DNA of 64,000 bases, from assembly GCA_963779415.1 (NCBI GenBank), contig CAVZYA010000001.1:480001-544000 (forward strand), read 5' to 3'. This document shows positions 1 to 10,183 of this stretch, one piece after another (position 1 is the first letter of the stretch; every line of letters begins with the position of its first letter). Source of the DNA: an uncultured Acidobacteriota bacterium. GTDB taxonomy: Bacteria; Acidobacteriota; Thermoanaerobaculia; UBA5066. Both the position numbers and the translations under genes were made by a program. Under the pieces are notes generated by a model. It was not told where the DNA came from and did no database searches. It worked only from the letters and a program-made list of their open reading frames with translations.

Positions 1-234
1 GTGCCAGATGTGATCGAGGCCGGGGATCTTGTCGGCGAAAAACTCGAGAAGGAAGAGGACCGAGAAGAGGGCGAGTGCCGGCGTCGACGCGAAAAGGTGC
101 GCGATCGGCCCGGGAAAGGCGTCGGGAAAGAGCCGCGAGATCCCCCCGTAGACGAGGAGAACGGCGTACGCGTTCAGGCCGGCACCGGCGGCGAGCCCCA
201 GCCCGGTCCCGAGGAGAGGAAGGGCGTTCTCCAT
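1..234 (-). CDS. DUF4126-like integral membrane protein (5' part; runs off the window edge)
   Basis: Translated manually, not in the ORF track: MENALPLLGTGLGLAAGAGLNAYAVLLVYG...LFLLEFFADKIPGLDHIWH. The GLNAY and EFFADKIP motifs are typical of this family. Confidence 0.75.
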   Translation of the reverse strand, partial: MENALPLLGTGLGLAAGAGLNAYAVLLVYGGISRLFPDAFPGPIAHLFASTPALALFSVLFLLEFFADKIPGLDHIWH

Positions 235-242
235 CCCGTCCC

Positions 243-1748
243 CTATTCCTTCGCCGCGCCCATCTCGGCGAGCGCCGCCTTGGCACGCCGGTTCTTGCTG
301 TCGAGCTTGAGGATCTCCTGCAACGCCTTGATCCGCTCCGGCTGGTTCCGCTCGGCGCGGCACGCCTCGGAGAGCTCCCAGAAGAGCTCCACGCTGGCCG
401 GGATGTTCTTGATCGCGCGCCGCATCGTGTCCGACGACTGCCGGAGCCACTTCGGGTTCTTCCGCTGGATTCGCGAAAGGAGGATCCAGTAGTCCTTTTC
501 CTCGGGATCGAACTCGACGGACTGCCGGACCATCTCGAACGCCGGGAAGAAGTCCTCCTCCTCGAAAAGGACCTTTGCCCGGGAGTAGTTCGCCTTCGCG
601 ATCTGCTTCCGGAGGGTGACGTTCGACTCCGTCTTCGGCAGGTCGATCGTTTCGAGGATGCCGCGGGCGAGCGTCGCGTCATACGAAGCACGCGACGCCG
701 CCGAGCGGAACGCGCGCTCCGACTGCCGGACCTTCTGGAAGAGCGATTCGAGGGCGTCACGCATCCCGGACATGTGGGGCTTCAGGTGGTTATCGGGATG
801 GAAGAGCCGCGCCCGCTCGTGGACCGCCCGGTGCAGGAGGTCGTCCGGAACATCCCGCTCGACGCCGAGGAGGTCGTACAGCGTCGACCAGTCGAGCCTC
901 CGGTATGCCGTCTCGACCGTACGCGCCTGCGTCTCGAGCATCTCGGCGCGCCGCGCGGGCGGAGGGCTCCCGGCTACCTCGACGTTCAGGAGGTCGAGGC
1001 CTCCGCCCGGAAACGGCTCGAGCGTCTTGTGGGCGGCGATGAACTGGATCAGGCCGGCCCCCGCGAGACGGGAGAGGAGCGCCGCATCGCGCGTCACGTC
1101 CTCGGTCAGGCGGAGGCCGTCCACCCGCCCGAGCACGTCGAATTCCTCGGGCGAGAGCGTCAGGACCTGATAGCGAAGGAGCAGATCGGGATGGAGGATC
1201 GGCCGGGACCGCGGCTCCACCACGGAGACGCCGCCGCGGCCGCGCCCTCCCGGAAGGCGGCGAAGGCCTTCGAGGATGAGGGTCCCCGTCGTCTTGTCGA
1301 ACCGGACCGGGAGGTCGGGCGTCTCTTCCATCGGGGCGGCCGTGAAGATGCCCGAGGTCCAGCGAAACGTTTCGTAGAGGATTCCCTCGGCGAGCGCACG
1401 CACGGCCGCCTGCGCTACGTACGACGGGACGGCGCCTGATTCGGTGAGGACCTTCGCGAGCCCGCGCCCCGGCTCGGCCATCGCCCGCTCGAACGCCGCG
1501 AGGAGGAGCTCCTCGTTCGCGAGGTCGAACCGCCGCAGCAGGTCGCCGACGCGCTGGGCCTCGCGGTTCGACGCGGCCGAGAGGAGCTGCCCGCGGTCGA
1601 ACCAGAACGTCCGCTCGTCCCCCGCGTGCGAAACGACGAGGCGCGTGCTCGTCCGGTCCCGGTAGAGGTTGCGGATCGTCTCCGCGAGCGACGTCCGCTC
1701 GAGCGAACCGCCAGCGAACAGTCCGGAGGACGGTCTCGATCCCGACAT
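243..1748 (-). CDS. DUF4388-like N-terminal domain + J-domain + TPR protein
   Basis: ORF 243..1871, probable start MSGSRP at 1748. N-terminal GSLERTSLAETIR...FDRGQL pattern, J-domain (LYDLLGV...RLFHPD) and C-terminal TPR-like helices. Confidence 0.75.
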   Translation of the reverse strand: MSGSRPSSGLFAGGSLERTSLAETIRNLYRDRTSTRLVVSHAGDERTFWFDRGQLLSAASNREAQRVGDLLRRFDLANEELLLAAFERAMAEPGRGLAKVLTESGAVPSYVAQAAVRALAEGILYETFRWTSGIFTAAPMEETPDLPVRFDKTTGTLILEGLRRLPGGRGRGGVSVVEPRSRPILHPDLLLRYQVLTLSPEEFDVLGRVDGLRLTEDVTRDAALLSRLAGAGLIQFIAAHKTLEPFPGGGLDLLNVEVAGSPPPARRAEMLETQARTVETAYRRLDWSTLYDLLGVERDVPDDLLHRAVHERARLFHPDNHLKPHMSGMRDALESLFQKVRQSERAFRSAASRASYDATLARGILETIDLPKTESNVTLRKQIAKANYSRAKVLFEEEDFFPAFEMVRQSVEFDPEEKDYWILLSRIQRKNPKWLRQSSDTMRRAIKNIPASVELFWELSEACRAERNQPERIKALQEILKLDSKNRRAKAALAEMGAAKE

Positions 1749-1758
1749 TCCGAAAATG

Positions 1759-3567
1759 TTAACCGGAAACGGGCCCGCCTCGTTCGCGAAAGCGGACGAT
1801 CCGCGAGGCGACGCTCTTTCCGGCCACGACCGCGAGCGCCTCCTCGCCCGCCGAAAGGACCGCGTCGGCACCTCCGAAGGCGGAGAGGAGCATGCGGACG
1901 CGCGCGGGTCCGAGCCCCGGGATCGCGAGCAGCGGGCTTTCCAGCGCCCGCTTTCCGCGGGCCCGGCGATGGCTCGCGAGGCTGAACCGGTGAGCCTCGT
2001 CCCGCGCCCGCTGCAGCAGCCGGAGGCCCGGGCTCCGGCGCGGGAGGACCAGCGGGGCGGAGCGCCCCGGGACGAAAACCTCTTCTTCGCGCTTCGCGAG
2101 CCCGGCGGCCGGAACCTCGAGTCCCAGCCGGTCGAGAGCCGCGAGGGCGGCCGAGAGCTGTCCCTTTCCGCCGTCGATGAGGAGGAGGTCCGGGAGCGGC
2201 ACCCCTTCCGCCGACATCCGGCCGTAGCGTCGCGTCACGGCTTCGGAGATCGAGGCGAAGTCGTCGGGTCCGGGGCTCCCGATCCGGAAGAGACGGTATT
2301 CGCCCTTCGCCGGCTCGCCGTCCACGAACACCACGCAGGCCGCGTACGTCTCCGACCCTTGCAGGTGGGAGACGTCGAAGCACTCGATCCGGGCGGGGCG
2401 CCGGTCGAGATCGAGGGCGCGGGCGAGCGCGAGCGTCGCCTTCTCCCCCGCTTCCCGGATCTTCCGGAACCTCCGTACGTGGTTCTGCCGGGCGTTGTCT
2501 CGCGCGATCCGGACCCTTTCGAAGGCGGAGCCCCGCTGCGGCGTCCGGATGGTGACACGGCTTCCCCGCCGCTCCGTGAGCCACCGTTCCACCGGCTCGA
2601 GGGCTTCGGGCGGGACCTCCGCGGGAAGGTGAATCTCCCGCGGGAGGAAGGTCGTCGTGTCGTAGTACTGCGAGAGGAGCGCCACCCAGAACTCTTCCGG
2701 ATCGACTTCCCCGATTCCCTCCCAGAAATACTCGCGCGAGTCGAGAACGGCGCCCCCCCGGACGAAGAGAAGGGAGACGGAGAGATTTCCGGCGTCGAGA
2801 AACTCCCCGAAGACATCCACGTCCTCGCCCGCCACGCTCTGGACCCGCTGCTTTTCGGCCAGCTCCTCGACCGTCCGGAGGCAGTCCCGGTAGGCCGCCG
2901 CCATCTCGAAGCTCTCCGCCTCGGCCGCGGAGCGCATCTTCGCCTCGAGGCGCGGCGCCAGCTCCTCGTTCTTCCCGGAGAGAAAGAGGAGCACGTCCCG
3001 GACGGCGTCGTCGTACGCGGCCTTCGTCGTGAGGCCGGCGACGCAGGGGGCGAGACAGGCATGCATGTCCCAGTAGAGACAGGGGCGCGGAAGGCGTCCG
3101 TCGATCTCGATCCGGCAGGTCCGGATCTGGAACATCCGCTGGATCATCCGCATCGCGCCGCGGGCCGTCCGGCCCGGGAGATAGGGGCCGAAGTAGCTGG
3201 CGCCGTCCTTCAGGACGCGTCGGGTCACGAACGCGCGAGGCCACTCCTCGCCCGTCGTCACCTTGATGTACGGGTAGGTCTTGTCGTCGCGGAGGCAGAT
3301 GTTGTAGCGGGGCTTGTGCCGCTTGATGAAGGCGTTCTCCAGCGCCAGCGCCTCGCTCTCCGTGTTCGCGACGACGGTGTCGACGGTCGCGAAGTCCGCA
3401 AGGAGCGCCTCCGTCTTCGGGTGCTTCGGCCCGGCGGTGAAGTACGAGGCGAGCCTTTTCCTTATCGACCGCGCCTTCCCGACGTAGAGGATCTTCCCCT
3501 TCGCATCCTTGAAGAGGTAGATCCCCGGCTGGTCGGGATAGGTCGCGAGGTCCGGCGGGGCGCCCAT
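1759..3567 (-). CDS. uvrC: Excinuclease ABC subunit C
   Basis: GIY-YIG (PGIYLFKD...LYVGKA), RIECFDVSH and LLIDGGKGQL RNase H-like domain, C-terminal HhH (IPGLG). Confidence 0.97.
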   Translation of the reverse strand: MGAPPDLATYPDQPGIYLFKDAKGKILYVGKARSIRKRLASYFTAGPKHPKTEALLADFATVDTVVANTESEALALENAFIKRHKPRYNICLRDDKTYPYIKVTTGEEWPRAFVTRRVLKDGASYFGPYLPGRTARGAMRMIQRMFQIRTCRIEIDGRLPRPCLYWDMHACLAPCVAGLTTKAAYDDAVRDVLLFLSGKNEELAPRLEAKMRSAAEAESFEMAAAYRDCLRTVEELAEKQRVQSVAGEDVDVFGEFLDAGNLSVSLLFVRGGAVLDSREYFWEGIGEVDPEEFWVALLSQYYDTTTFLPREIHLPAEVPPEALEPVERWLTERRGSRVTIRTPQRGSAFERVRIARDNARQNHVRRFRKIREAGEKATLALARALDLDRRPARIECFDVSHLQGSETYAACVVFVDGEPAKGEYRLFRIGSPGPDDFASISEAVTRRYGRMSAEGVPLPDLLLIDGGKGQLSAALAALDRLGLEVPAAGLAKREEEVFVPGRSAPLVLPRRSPGLRLLQRARDEAHRFSLASHRRARGKRALESPLLAIPGLGPARVRMLLSAFGGADAVLSAGEEALAVVAGKSVASRIVRFRERGGPVSG

Positions 3568-3592
3568 CGTCCCCGATTCTAGGGAGACGCCC

Positions 3593-5242
3593 TCAGAGGA
3601 CCTTTCCGATCCCCTTCGCCAGCGTCGACATCTTTACGTACCCGAAGAAGCGCCCGCTTCCCATCAGGCCGAGCGCTTCGGGGATCTTGGTGCGCGGGTC
3701 CTTCGCGTAGAGGGTCCCGAAGGCGCGGCGCGTGAACTTCTGGAACGCGCCGTCGTAGGGGTACCACCACGGCATCGCCGGAGCCGCCCCCATGTCCATG
3801 CTGACGTGCTTGAGGTTGACGAGCTCGTAGAGGCCGTAGATGGCGTGACTCCGCCCGAGCCCCGACTTCTTGATCCCGCCCCAGCTCGCCGTCGGCTCGC
3901 CGAACGAGAAGAGATGGTCGTTGATCGTGACGGTGCCGGCGGCCAGCTCGGAGGCGAAGCGCTCGGCGGTCTTCCGCGAGCGGGTCCAGCCGGAGGCCGT
4001 CAGGCCGAACTCCGAGTCGTTCGCCAGCGTGATGGCCTCGTCGAGAGTCTTCACGACCTGTATCGGAAGGGTCGGACCGAACGTCTCCTCGCGCATGGCG
4101 CGCATCGAGTGATTCACCTTCGTCAGGACGGTCGGCGGAAACCAGAATCCCTTCGCGGACGGGCGCTCTCCGCCATGCAGCACCTTCGCTCCCCGGGCCA
4201 CGGCGTCGGCCACGTGCTCCTCGACGACGGCGCGCTGCTCGGACGTCGTCATCGGCCCCATGTCCGTCGCCTCCGCCGTCGGGTCTCCGACCCGGAGGGC
4301 CTTCGTCCGGGCGACCACCTTCCCGATGAACTCGTCCGCGACGCTCCGGACGACGTAGACCCGCTCGACGGAGCCGCAGGCCTGCCCCGAGTTCATGAAT
4401 GCCGCCCAGACGATCCCCGCCGCGGCCCGGTCCAGGTCCGCGTCGGCCGCGACGATCGAGGGGTCCTTCCCGCCCAGCTCGAGAACGGAGCCCGTCAGGT
4501 TTCCGGCCGCCGTCTCCAGGACGTGCCGACCGGTCTCGACGGAGCCCGTGAAGAGGATCTTGGCGAGTCCGGGGTGCCTGATGAGCCGGTCCGTGTCGGA
4601 GCCGCCCGCCGTCACGACGTTCACGACGCCCGGCGGGAGCCCCGCGCGACGGCAGAGGTCCCCGATCAGGATCCCGGTCAACGCGGTGGCCGACGCCGGC
4701 TTCAGGACGACGGTGTTCCCCGCCGCGAGGCAGGCCGAGATCTCGACCATCGGGATGGCGAACGGAAAGTTCCACGGCGTCACGACGGCGATGACCCCGA
4801 GCGGGTCGAACCGGAACGACGCCTCCTTGTGGGCGAAGAGGATCTGCTCGTAGTCGACTCGTTTCGGCGCAAGCAGCTCGCCGAGGAACCTCGAGAGGTA
4901 GCGGAGGGTATCGGCGGCCGGGACGATGTCCACGGCACGCGCCTCCCCGATCGGCTTGCCCTGCTCGACGGCGATCAGCCGCTCGATCTCGCCGTGATTC
5001 TTCCGGACCGTCTCCAGGAGCCGGCCGAGGTGCTTCTGCCGCTCGGCGAACGAAGTTCCCGACCAGTGCCGGAACGCCTTGGCCGCCGCGGCGACGGCGG
5101 CGTCGATCTCGGGGGCGCCGGCCCGCTCGACCTCGGCGAAGGGCTCCCCCGTGGAGGGCCTGATCGCGGGAACCACCCGCCCCGTCGCCACGTCCTGCCC
5201 GTCGATGATGGGATGGCGGTTCGGGGCGAGCGCGCTCTTCAT
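3593..5242 (-). CDS. NAD(P)-dependent aldehyde dehydrogenase
   Basis: TPWNFP, FTGSVETG, LELGGKD, GQAC and EETFGP motifs. Start MKSALAP at 5242 overlaps the upstream stop. Confidence 0.92.
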   Translation of the reverse strand: MKSALAPNRHPIIDGQDVATGRVVPAIRPSTGEPFAEVERAGAPEIDAAVAAAAKAFRHWSGTSFAERQKHLGRLLETVRKNHGEIERLIAVEQGKPIGEARAVDIVPAADTLRYLSRFLGELLAPKRVDYEQILFAHKEASFRFDPLGVIAVVTPWNFPFAIPMVEISACLAAGNTVVLKPASATALTGILIGDLCRRAGLPPGVVNVVTAGGSDTDRLIRHPGLAKILFTGSVETGRHVLETAAGNLTGSVLELGGKDPSIVAADADLDRAAAGIVWAAFMNSGQACGSVERVYVVRSVADEFIGKVVARTKALRVGDPTAEATDMGPMTTSEQRAVVEEHVADAVARGAKVLHGGERPSAKGFWFPPTVLTKVNHSMRAMREETFGPTLPIQVVKTLDEAITLANDSEFGLTASGWTRSRKTAERFASELAAGTVTINDHLFSFGEPTASWGGIKKSGLGRSHAIYGLYELVNLKHVSMDMGAAPAMPWWYPYDGAFQKFTRRAFGTLYAKDPRTKIPEALGLMGSGRFFGYVKMSTLAKGIGKVL

Positions 5243-6360
5243 ACCATCGCCCCCCGCGTGATCTCGCTTCGCTTCTTCTTCCAGAACGCCACGAGCTTCT
5301 GGACGTATTGCTCGAAGTCGGGACAGGCCACGCCGAAGCGGGAGAGGTCGTGCGTCGCCTGCGAGGCGTCGTAGTGGACGGGGTGATCGAAGTAGTCGAG
5401 CGTCTGCGCCGGCATCCCGAGGAGGTGGGAGACCTGGGGCAACGAGAAGACGAGCCGCCCGATCGGGAGCGGGACCGGGAGGAAGACGAACGATTTTCCG
5501 ATCGACTTCGCGAGGATCTCCGCCACTGCGAGGGCCGACTTCGGCTTCGGGTCCGTCAGGTGGTAGGTCTTTCGCTTCGCGCCGTCCCACGAGGAGAGCC
5601 GCGCGATGGCCTCGAGGACGAAGTCAACCGGAACGAGATTGACCTCGGCCGACCCATCGCCGATCCGGAGGAAGAGCCCGGGCGACGGAAGGAGGTCCAT
5701 GGCGTTCAGGGCGAAGTAGGGACCGTCGAACTTCGCGGTCACACCCGTGGCGGAATCGCCGACGACGATCCCCGGCCGGTAGATCGTGGCGGGGATTCCG
5801 CTCTCGGCCACGGCGACCTCGGCCAGGAACTTCGTCTCCTCGTAGAAGTTCTTGAACGACTGCCCGACGTCGAGATCGCTCTCGTGGTACGTGCCGACGG
5901 CCGTGCCCGAAACATAGGCCGTCGAGACGTAGTCGAGCCGCTTCAGGTGCGGCGCGTCGGCGAGGAACTCGAGGACGTTCCGCGTCCCTTCGACGTTGAT
6001 CCGGAGGGCCACGTCGCGCGCGACGGCGAGGTCGTAGACGGCGGCGAGATGGAAGCAGCCGACGAGGACCTTCCGGAGACGGTTCGCGTCGCGCTCGCCG
6101 AGGCCGAGCCCGGGCGAGGTGATGTCCCCCACCACGAGACCGATCCGCCCCTTCGTGCCGGGGTGGGCTTTCTCCATCGCGGTGACCGCCTCGCGGGCGG
6201 CGCCGAGGAATTTTTCCTGGACGAGGCAGGCGAGACGAATGCCGGGCCGAAGCTCGAGGAGGCGGGGGATGAGGCGGGCTCCGATGAAGCCGGGAAAGCC
6301 CGTGAAGAGGACGGTTCCGGCCTTCTCGGAGGGGGCGGGGCGGGTGTGTCTGGTGGCCAT
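5239..6360 (-). CDS. Extended SDR / thioester-reductase-like NAD-binding oxidoreductase
   Basis: TGFPGFIG Rossmann motif, HLAAVYD, YVSTAYVSG, YEETK catalytic YxxxK, YRPGIVVG. Confidence 0.88.
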   Translation of the reverse strand: MATRHTRPAPSEKAGTVLFTGFPGFIGARLIPRLLELRPGIRLACLVQEKFLGAAREAVTAMEKAHPGTKGRIGLVVGDITSPGLGLGERDANRLRKVLVGCFHLAAVYDLAVARDVALRINVEGTRNVLEFLADAPHLKRLDYVSTAYVSGTAVGTYHESDLDVGQSFKNFYEETKFLAEVAVAESGIPATIYRPGIVVGDSATGVTAKFDGPYFALNAMDLLPSPGLFLRIGDGSAEVNLVPVDFVLEAIARLSSWDGAKRKTYHLTDPKPKSALAVAEILAKSIGKSFVFLPVPLPIGRLVFSLPQVSHLLGMPAQTLDYFDHPVHYDASQATHDLSRFGVACPDFEQYVQKLVAFWKKKRSEITRGAMV

Positions 6361-6397
6361 ATTTCCAGTCTACTCGCGGCCCGCTCCGCCGGCGTCG

Positions 6398-7186
6398 CTA
6401 CAACATCGTGCCGAGCGCCGGGTCGGAGAGGAGCCGCCGGTTGAAGTCGCGGATCCGCTCGTCCATCGCCGCCGGGACGACGCACGGCGCGCCGTCGAGG
6501 GCGATGAGCGGAACCGCGAGCGTGAGCGAGCCGCAGAGAAGCGAGCCGGCGCGAAGCGTCTCCGGCGTCAGCGGCACCGTCGCGTCCCCCTCCGAGAGGA
6601 ACGCGGCCGCCGTGACGCTCGGCAGGAACCCGGAGAGGGCCCGGAGGGGGCGCCCGCCGTTCCACGCGATCAGCGACGTCGCCGTCCCTTCCAGACAGCT
6701 CCCGTCGGGCGCCGTGAAGAGCCCTTCGTCGGCGCCGTCTTTCCGCGCCATCCGGAGCCCGATGATTGCCGCGAAGTAGCTCGTGGATTTCACCTCCGGC
6801 GTGTCGCGCCGTAGCCACGAAGGGAGCGTCCTCACCCGGCAACCGGTCCGCCGCGCCCGCGTCGACTCGGGGATGGGGCGCATCGAGACGTCGAGCCGCC
6901 ACGAAGCAGGTTCCTCGAGATCGGAGCCGACCGCGATCCACGCGAGGCGCAGCGCCCGCTCCTCCCCCGCCGCCAGCGACGCTTCGCTCAAGGCGGCGCG
7001 CGCCGCCCCCTCCACCTTCTCCCGGCCCGGCCCGGGGAACGAGAAGCGCCGGACGGTCGTCTCGAGGCGCGAGAGGTGCGGCTCCCAGAGGGCGGCGCGC
7101 CGCCCCGCGACGAGGACGGTCTCGAAGAACCCGACGCCCCGCTCGACGATCGGGGCGTCGAAGGGAACGTCAGCCGGTCGGCCCAT
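6398..7186 (-). CDS. Class IV PLP aminotransferase, probable 4-amino-4-deoxychorismate lyase (PabC-like)
   Basis: GVGFFET, HLSRL, KSTSY (PLP Lys), EG motifs. Translationally coupled to the pabB-like gene. Confidence 0.78.
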   Translation of the reverse strand: MGRPADVPFDAPIVERGVGFFETVLVAGRRAALWEPHLSRLETTVRRFSFPGPGREKVEGAARAALSEASLAAGEERALRLAWIAVGSDLEEPASWRLDVSMRPIPESTRARRTGCRVRTLPSWLRRDTPEVKSTSYFAAIIGLRMARKDGADEGLFTAPDGSCLEGTATSLIAWNGGRPLRALSGFLPSVTAAAFLSEGDATVPLTPETLRAGSLLCGSLTLAVPLIALDGAPCVVPAAMDERIRDFNRRLLSDPALGTML

Positions 7187-8379
7187 CAGGTCGATTCTCC
7201 TCCTGATCCGGGGCTGCGGCTCGAGAGAAGGGCAAGGAACTCCCGGGACTTCGTCTCGGCCTCGGCAGACTCGGCCGCCGGATCGGAGTCCCAGACGATT
7301 CCGCCACCGGCGTGGTAGTCGACGAGTCCGCCGTGGAGGATGGCCGTGCGGATCGCGACGTTGAAGACGGCGCGCCCGTCACCGCGGACGAAGCCCGCCG
7401 CTCCGGTGTAGGCGCCACGCGGACAAGGTTCGATCTCGCGGATGAAGCGGAGGGCCGCGCTCTTCGGCGCACCCGTGATGGATCCCCCCGGGAGTGTGGC
7501 GCGAAAGAGGTCGGACGGAGCCACGCCGGGCGCGAGGCGTGCCACCACGGTCGATTCGAGGTGATGAAGGTGCCGGAACGTCTTCACCTCCCGGAAGCGC
7601 GGGACGGAGATGCCTCCGGGCACCGCCGTCCGGCCGAGGTCGTTCCGGATCAGATCGACGATCATCACGTGCTCCGCCGCGTCCTTGGCCGAGGCGATCA
7701 GATGCCCTTTCGCGTTCTCGTCGCCCGCTGACGTCTCTCCCCGGGCAATAGTCCCTTTGATCGGCGCGCTCGAGGCCCTGCCCCTCGCGAGATCCGCGTC
7801 CAGAAAGAGCTCGGGCGAATTGGAGACGACGGCCCAGTTCGTCGCCGCGACGGTGATCGCATACGGAACGGGGTTGCCGGCGAAGAGGGCCCGGGCCAGC
7901 GCAAACGGATCCGCGACGGCGCGCAGACGCGTCCGACGCGTGAGGTTCACCTGGTAGACGTCGCCTCGCGCGATGCCGGCGCGGATCGTCTCGACGCCTC
8001 GCGCCCACTCGAGGGGAGAAATCGACGCCTTCGGCGTCGACGATTCCTCGAAGGGGAATCGGGCTCCGGGAACCGCGGGCGCGCCTCTTGCGGCGTCCCG
8101 CATCCTGTAGACGCCGAAGGCGGCCAGCGGAGTTCCCTCGGGAAATCGGAACAGCGATGTGGAGCCTTCCAGCCAAACGCCGGCCTCGTAAGTGATGAAG
8201 CCGGCCGCAAGAAGATCAGCATCTCCGGACGCCGCAACCTCATCCAGCGACGAGAGGACGCCGCCAAGCTCCTCCGGCGTCTCGGCGAGCAGGCATCTTT
8301 CTTCATTCTCGAAGAAAATCGGGGTTGCGCCTGTTTCAAATGCCCAACCACGGCCAGTGAAGAGAGTCTTGAGCCCCAT
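7186..8379 (-). CDS. pabB: Aminodeoxychorismate/anthranilate synthase component I family
   Basis: YQVNLT, SPELF, PIKGT, EHVMIVDL.RNDL, PGGSITGAPK and GGGIVWDS chorismate-binding motifs. PIKGT favours PabB. Confidence 0.85.
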   Translation of the reverse strand: MGLKTLFTGRGWAFETGATPIFFENEERCLLAETPEELGGVLSSLDEVAASGDADLLAAGFITYEAGVWLEGSTSLFRFPEGTPLAAFGVYRMRDAARGAPAVPGARFPFEESSTPKASISPLEWARGVETIRAGIARGDVYQVNLTRRTRLRAVADPFALARALFAGNPVPYAITVAATNWAVVSNSPELFLDADLARGRASSAPIKGTIARGETSAGDENAKGHLIASAKDAAEHVMIVDLIRNDLGRTAVPGGISVPRFREVKTFRHLHHLESTVVARLAPGVAPSDLFRATLPGGSITGAPKSAALRFIREIEPCPRGAYTGAAGFVRGDGRAVFNVAIRTAILHGGLVDYHAGGGIVWDSDPAAESAEAETKSREFLALLSSRSPGSGGEST

Positions 8380-8408
8380 CGTCGGCTAGTCTAGGCGCCG
8401 GAGGATCG

Positions 8409-8828
8409 ATGAAGCCGACAGGCCCGGTCGTCGAGTCGAAGGTGCGGGTCCGCTATGCGGAGACCGACGCGCAGCGGATCGTCTATCACGCGAACTACCT
8501 CGTCTGGTTCGAGGTGGGGCGAACGGACTACTGCGAGGCCGCCGGGTATCCGTATGCCCGGATGGAGTCCGAGGGGGTCCTCATCGCCGTCGTGGAAGCC
8601 CATGCCCGCTTCCGGCGCGGCGCGCGCTACGGAGAAGTCGTCTCCGTCCGGACCCGGTTCGCCGGGCTGAAGAGCCGTGGCTGCGCTTTCGTCTACGAGG
8701 TGGTTCTTCCGGACGGCACCCTCTCGGCCGAGGGGGAGACCCACCACATCTTCCTGGATCCTGCCGGTCGTCCGATGAGGGTGCCGCCCGCCATCGCCGG
8801 GGCCTTCCGCGCGTATGCCGGGGCGTAG
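8409..8828 (+). CDS. Acyl-CoA thioesterase, 4HBT/YbgC hot-dog family
   Basis: VRYAETDAQRIVYHANYLVWFEVGR signature. Confidence 0.9.
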   Translation: MKPTGPVVESKVRVRYAETDAQRIVYHANYLVWFEVGRTDYCEAAGYPYARMESEGVLIAVVEAHARFRRGARYGEVVSVRTRFAGLKSRGCAFVYEVVLPDGTLSAEGETHHIFLDPAGRPMRVPPAIAGAFRAYAGA

Positions 8829-8834
8829 GAGCCG

Positions 8835-9323
8835 TCAGCCTCGCTGTGGCAGCTTCTTCAGAAGCGCGCGGTGGACGAGCGGAGGGACGAGACCCGAGAC
8901 GTCGCCTCCCAGCTCGTGGACCTGCTTGACGAGGCGGCTCGAGAGAAAGGAAAGCTCTTCCTTGGGCGTCAGGAAGATCGTCTCGACCTCCGGATCGAGG
9001 CGCCGGTTCATCAGCGCCATCTGGAACTCGTACTCGAAGTCCGACATCACCCGGAGGCCGCGGACGACGACGTGCGCCCCCTCCTTCCGGACGAAGTCGA
9101 CGAGGAGGCCCGAGAACGCCTTCACGACGACCTTCGGCTCGCGCCGGAAGATCGCCCGGATCATCCGGATCCGCTCCGTCACGTCGAAGAGCGGTGCCTT
9201 CTCGACGTTCTGAAGCACGGCCACGAGAACGCGGTCGAAAATGCGGCAGCCGCGCAGGACGATGTCGACGTGTCCGTTCGTCATCGGATCGAATGACCCC
9301 GGATAGATGGCGATGCGTTTCAC
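8835..9323 (-). CDS. coaD: Phosphopantetheine adenylyltransferase
   Basis: YPGSFDPMTNGH, RGLR..SDFEYE, LSSRLVK. Confidence 0.97.
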   Translation of the reverse strand: MKRIAIYPGSFDPMTNGHVDIVLRGCRIFDRVLVAVLQNVEKAPLFDVTERIRMIRAIFRREPKVVVKAFSGLLVDFVRKEGAHVVVRGLRVMSDFEYEFQMALMNRRLDPEVETIFLTPKEELSFLSSRLVKQVHELGGDVSGLVPPLVHRALLKKLPQRG

Positions 9324-10183
9324 GGTCCGGGCATTCTAGACCGCTCCGCGACGGCGTCTCCGAGCCGGCGGGCGGCGAGGATCAGGAGGACGAGGGCCAC
9401 CGCCGGGGGAATGGCGCACCAGGGAGCCGTCGTGACGAGGTCCCGGGCGTCGGCGATGGAACGCCCCCACGACGCCGCAGGCGGCGGCGTCCCGAGGCCG
9501 AGGAACGACAGTCCCGACTCCGTCAGGACGGCCGCCCCGAGGACGTAGGGAGCCGTGGCGATCGCCGGCGGAAGGGCATGCGGGAGGACGTGGCGGAAGA
9601 GGAGGCGTGGGACACCCGCTCCCGCCGCGCGGGCTGCCGCCACGAACGGGGCCGCGCGGAGCCGGCGCGCCTCGGCCCGGACGATTCGGGCCGAGTCGGT
9701 CCATCCCGTCAGACCGATCAGGACCGCCGCGAGAAGGAACGATGGCGGAAGGAACGCCGCCACGGCGGCGACGAGAACGAGCGCGGGAAGCGCCTGGATC
9801 ACCTCGATCCCGAAGAGGACGGTCCGTTCCGTCCGCCCTCCCGAAAACCCCGCGAGCGCACCGAGGAGCGACCCGACGACGAGGGCCACGCCCGAAGCGA
9901 CGACTCCCGCCCCCACGGAGACGCGCGCTCCGTGGAGAAGGCGGGAAAGGACGTCCCGCCCCAGATCGTCCGTTCCGAGCCAGTGGGTGAGCGACGGCGG
10001 GCGGAGCCGCCGGTCGAGATCGACCCCGTCGGGGTCCCATGGAACCGGGGCGGCGATCACGACCTCGCCGCGCGCGTTCTCCATCCACGGACGGGAGCGC
10101 GCGAGAACCGGAGCGAGAAGCGCCACGGCGCCGATCGCGAGAAGACCGGCCGCCGCGGCCGTCCGGCCGGGAAGGCGTTTCAT
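9320..10183 (-). CDS. Peptide ABC transporter permease (OppC/DppC-like)
   Basis: C-terminal part of ORF 9320..10939 from MKRLPG. HWLGTDDLGRD, EAA-like loop, ESGLSFLGLG. Confidence 0.9.
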   Translation of the reverse strand: MKRLPGRTAAAAGLLAIGAVALLAPVLARSRPWMENARGEVVIAAPVPWDPDGVDLDRRLRPPSLTHWLGTDDLGRDVLSRLLHGARVSVGAGVVASGVALVVGSLLGALAGFSGGRTERTVLFGIEVIQALPALVLVAAVAAFLPPSFLLAAVLIGLTGWTDSARIVRAEARRLRAAPFVAAARAAGAGVPRLLFRHVLPHALPPAIATAPYVLGAAVLTESGLSFLGLGTPPPAASWGRSIADARDLVTTAPWCAIPPAVALVLLILAARRLGDAVAERSRMPGP

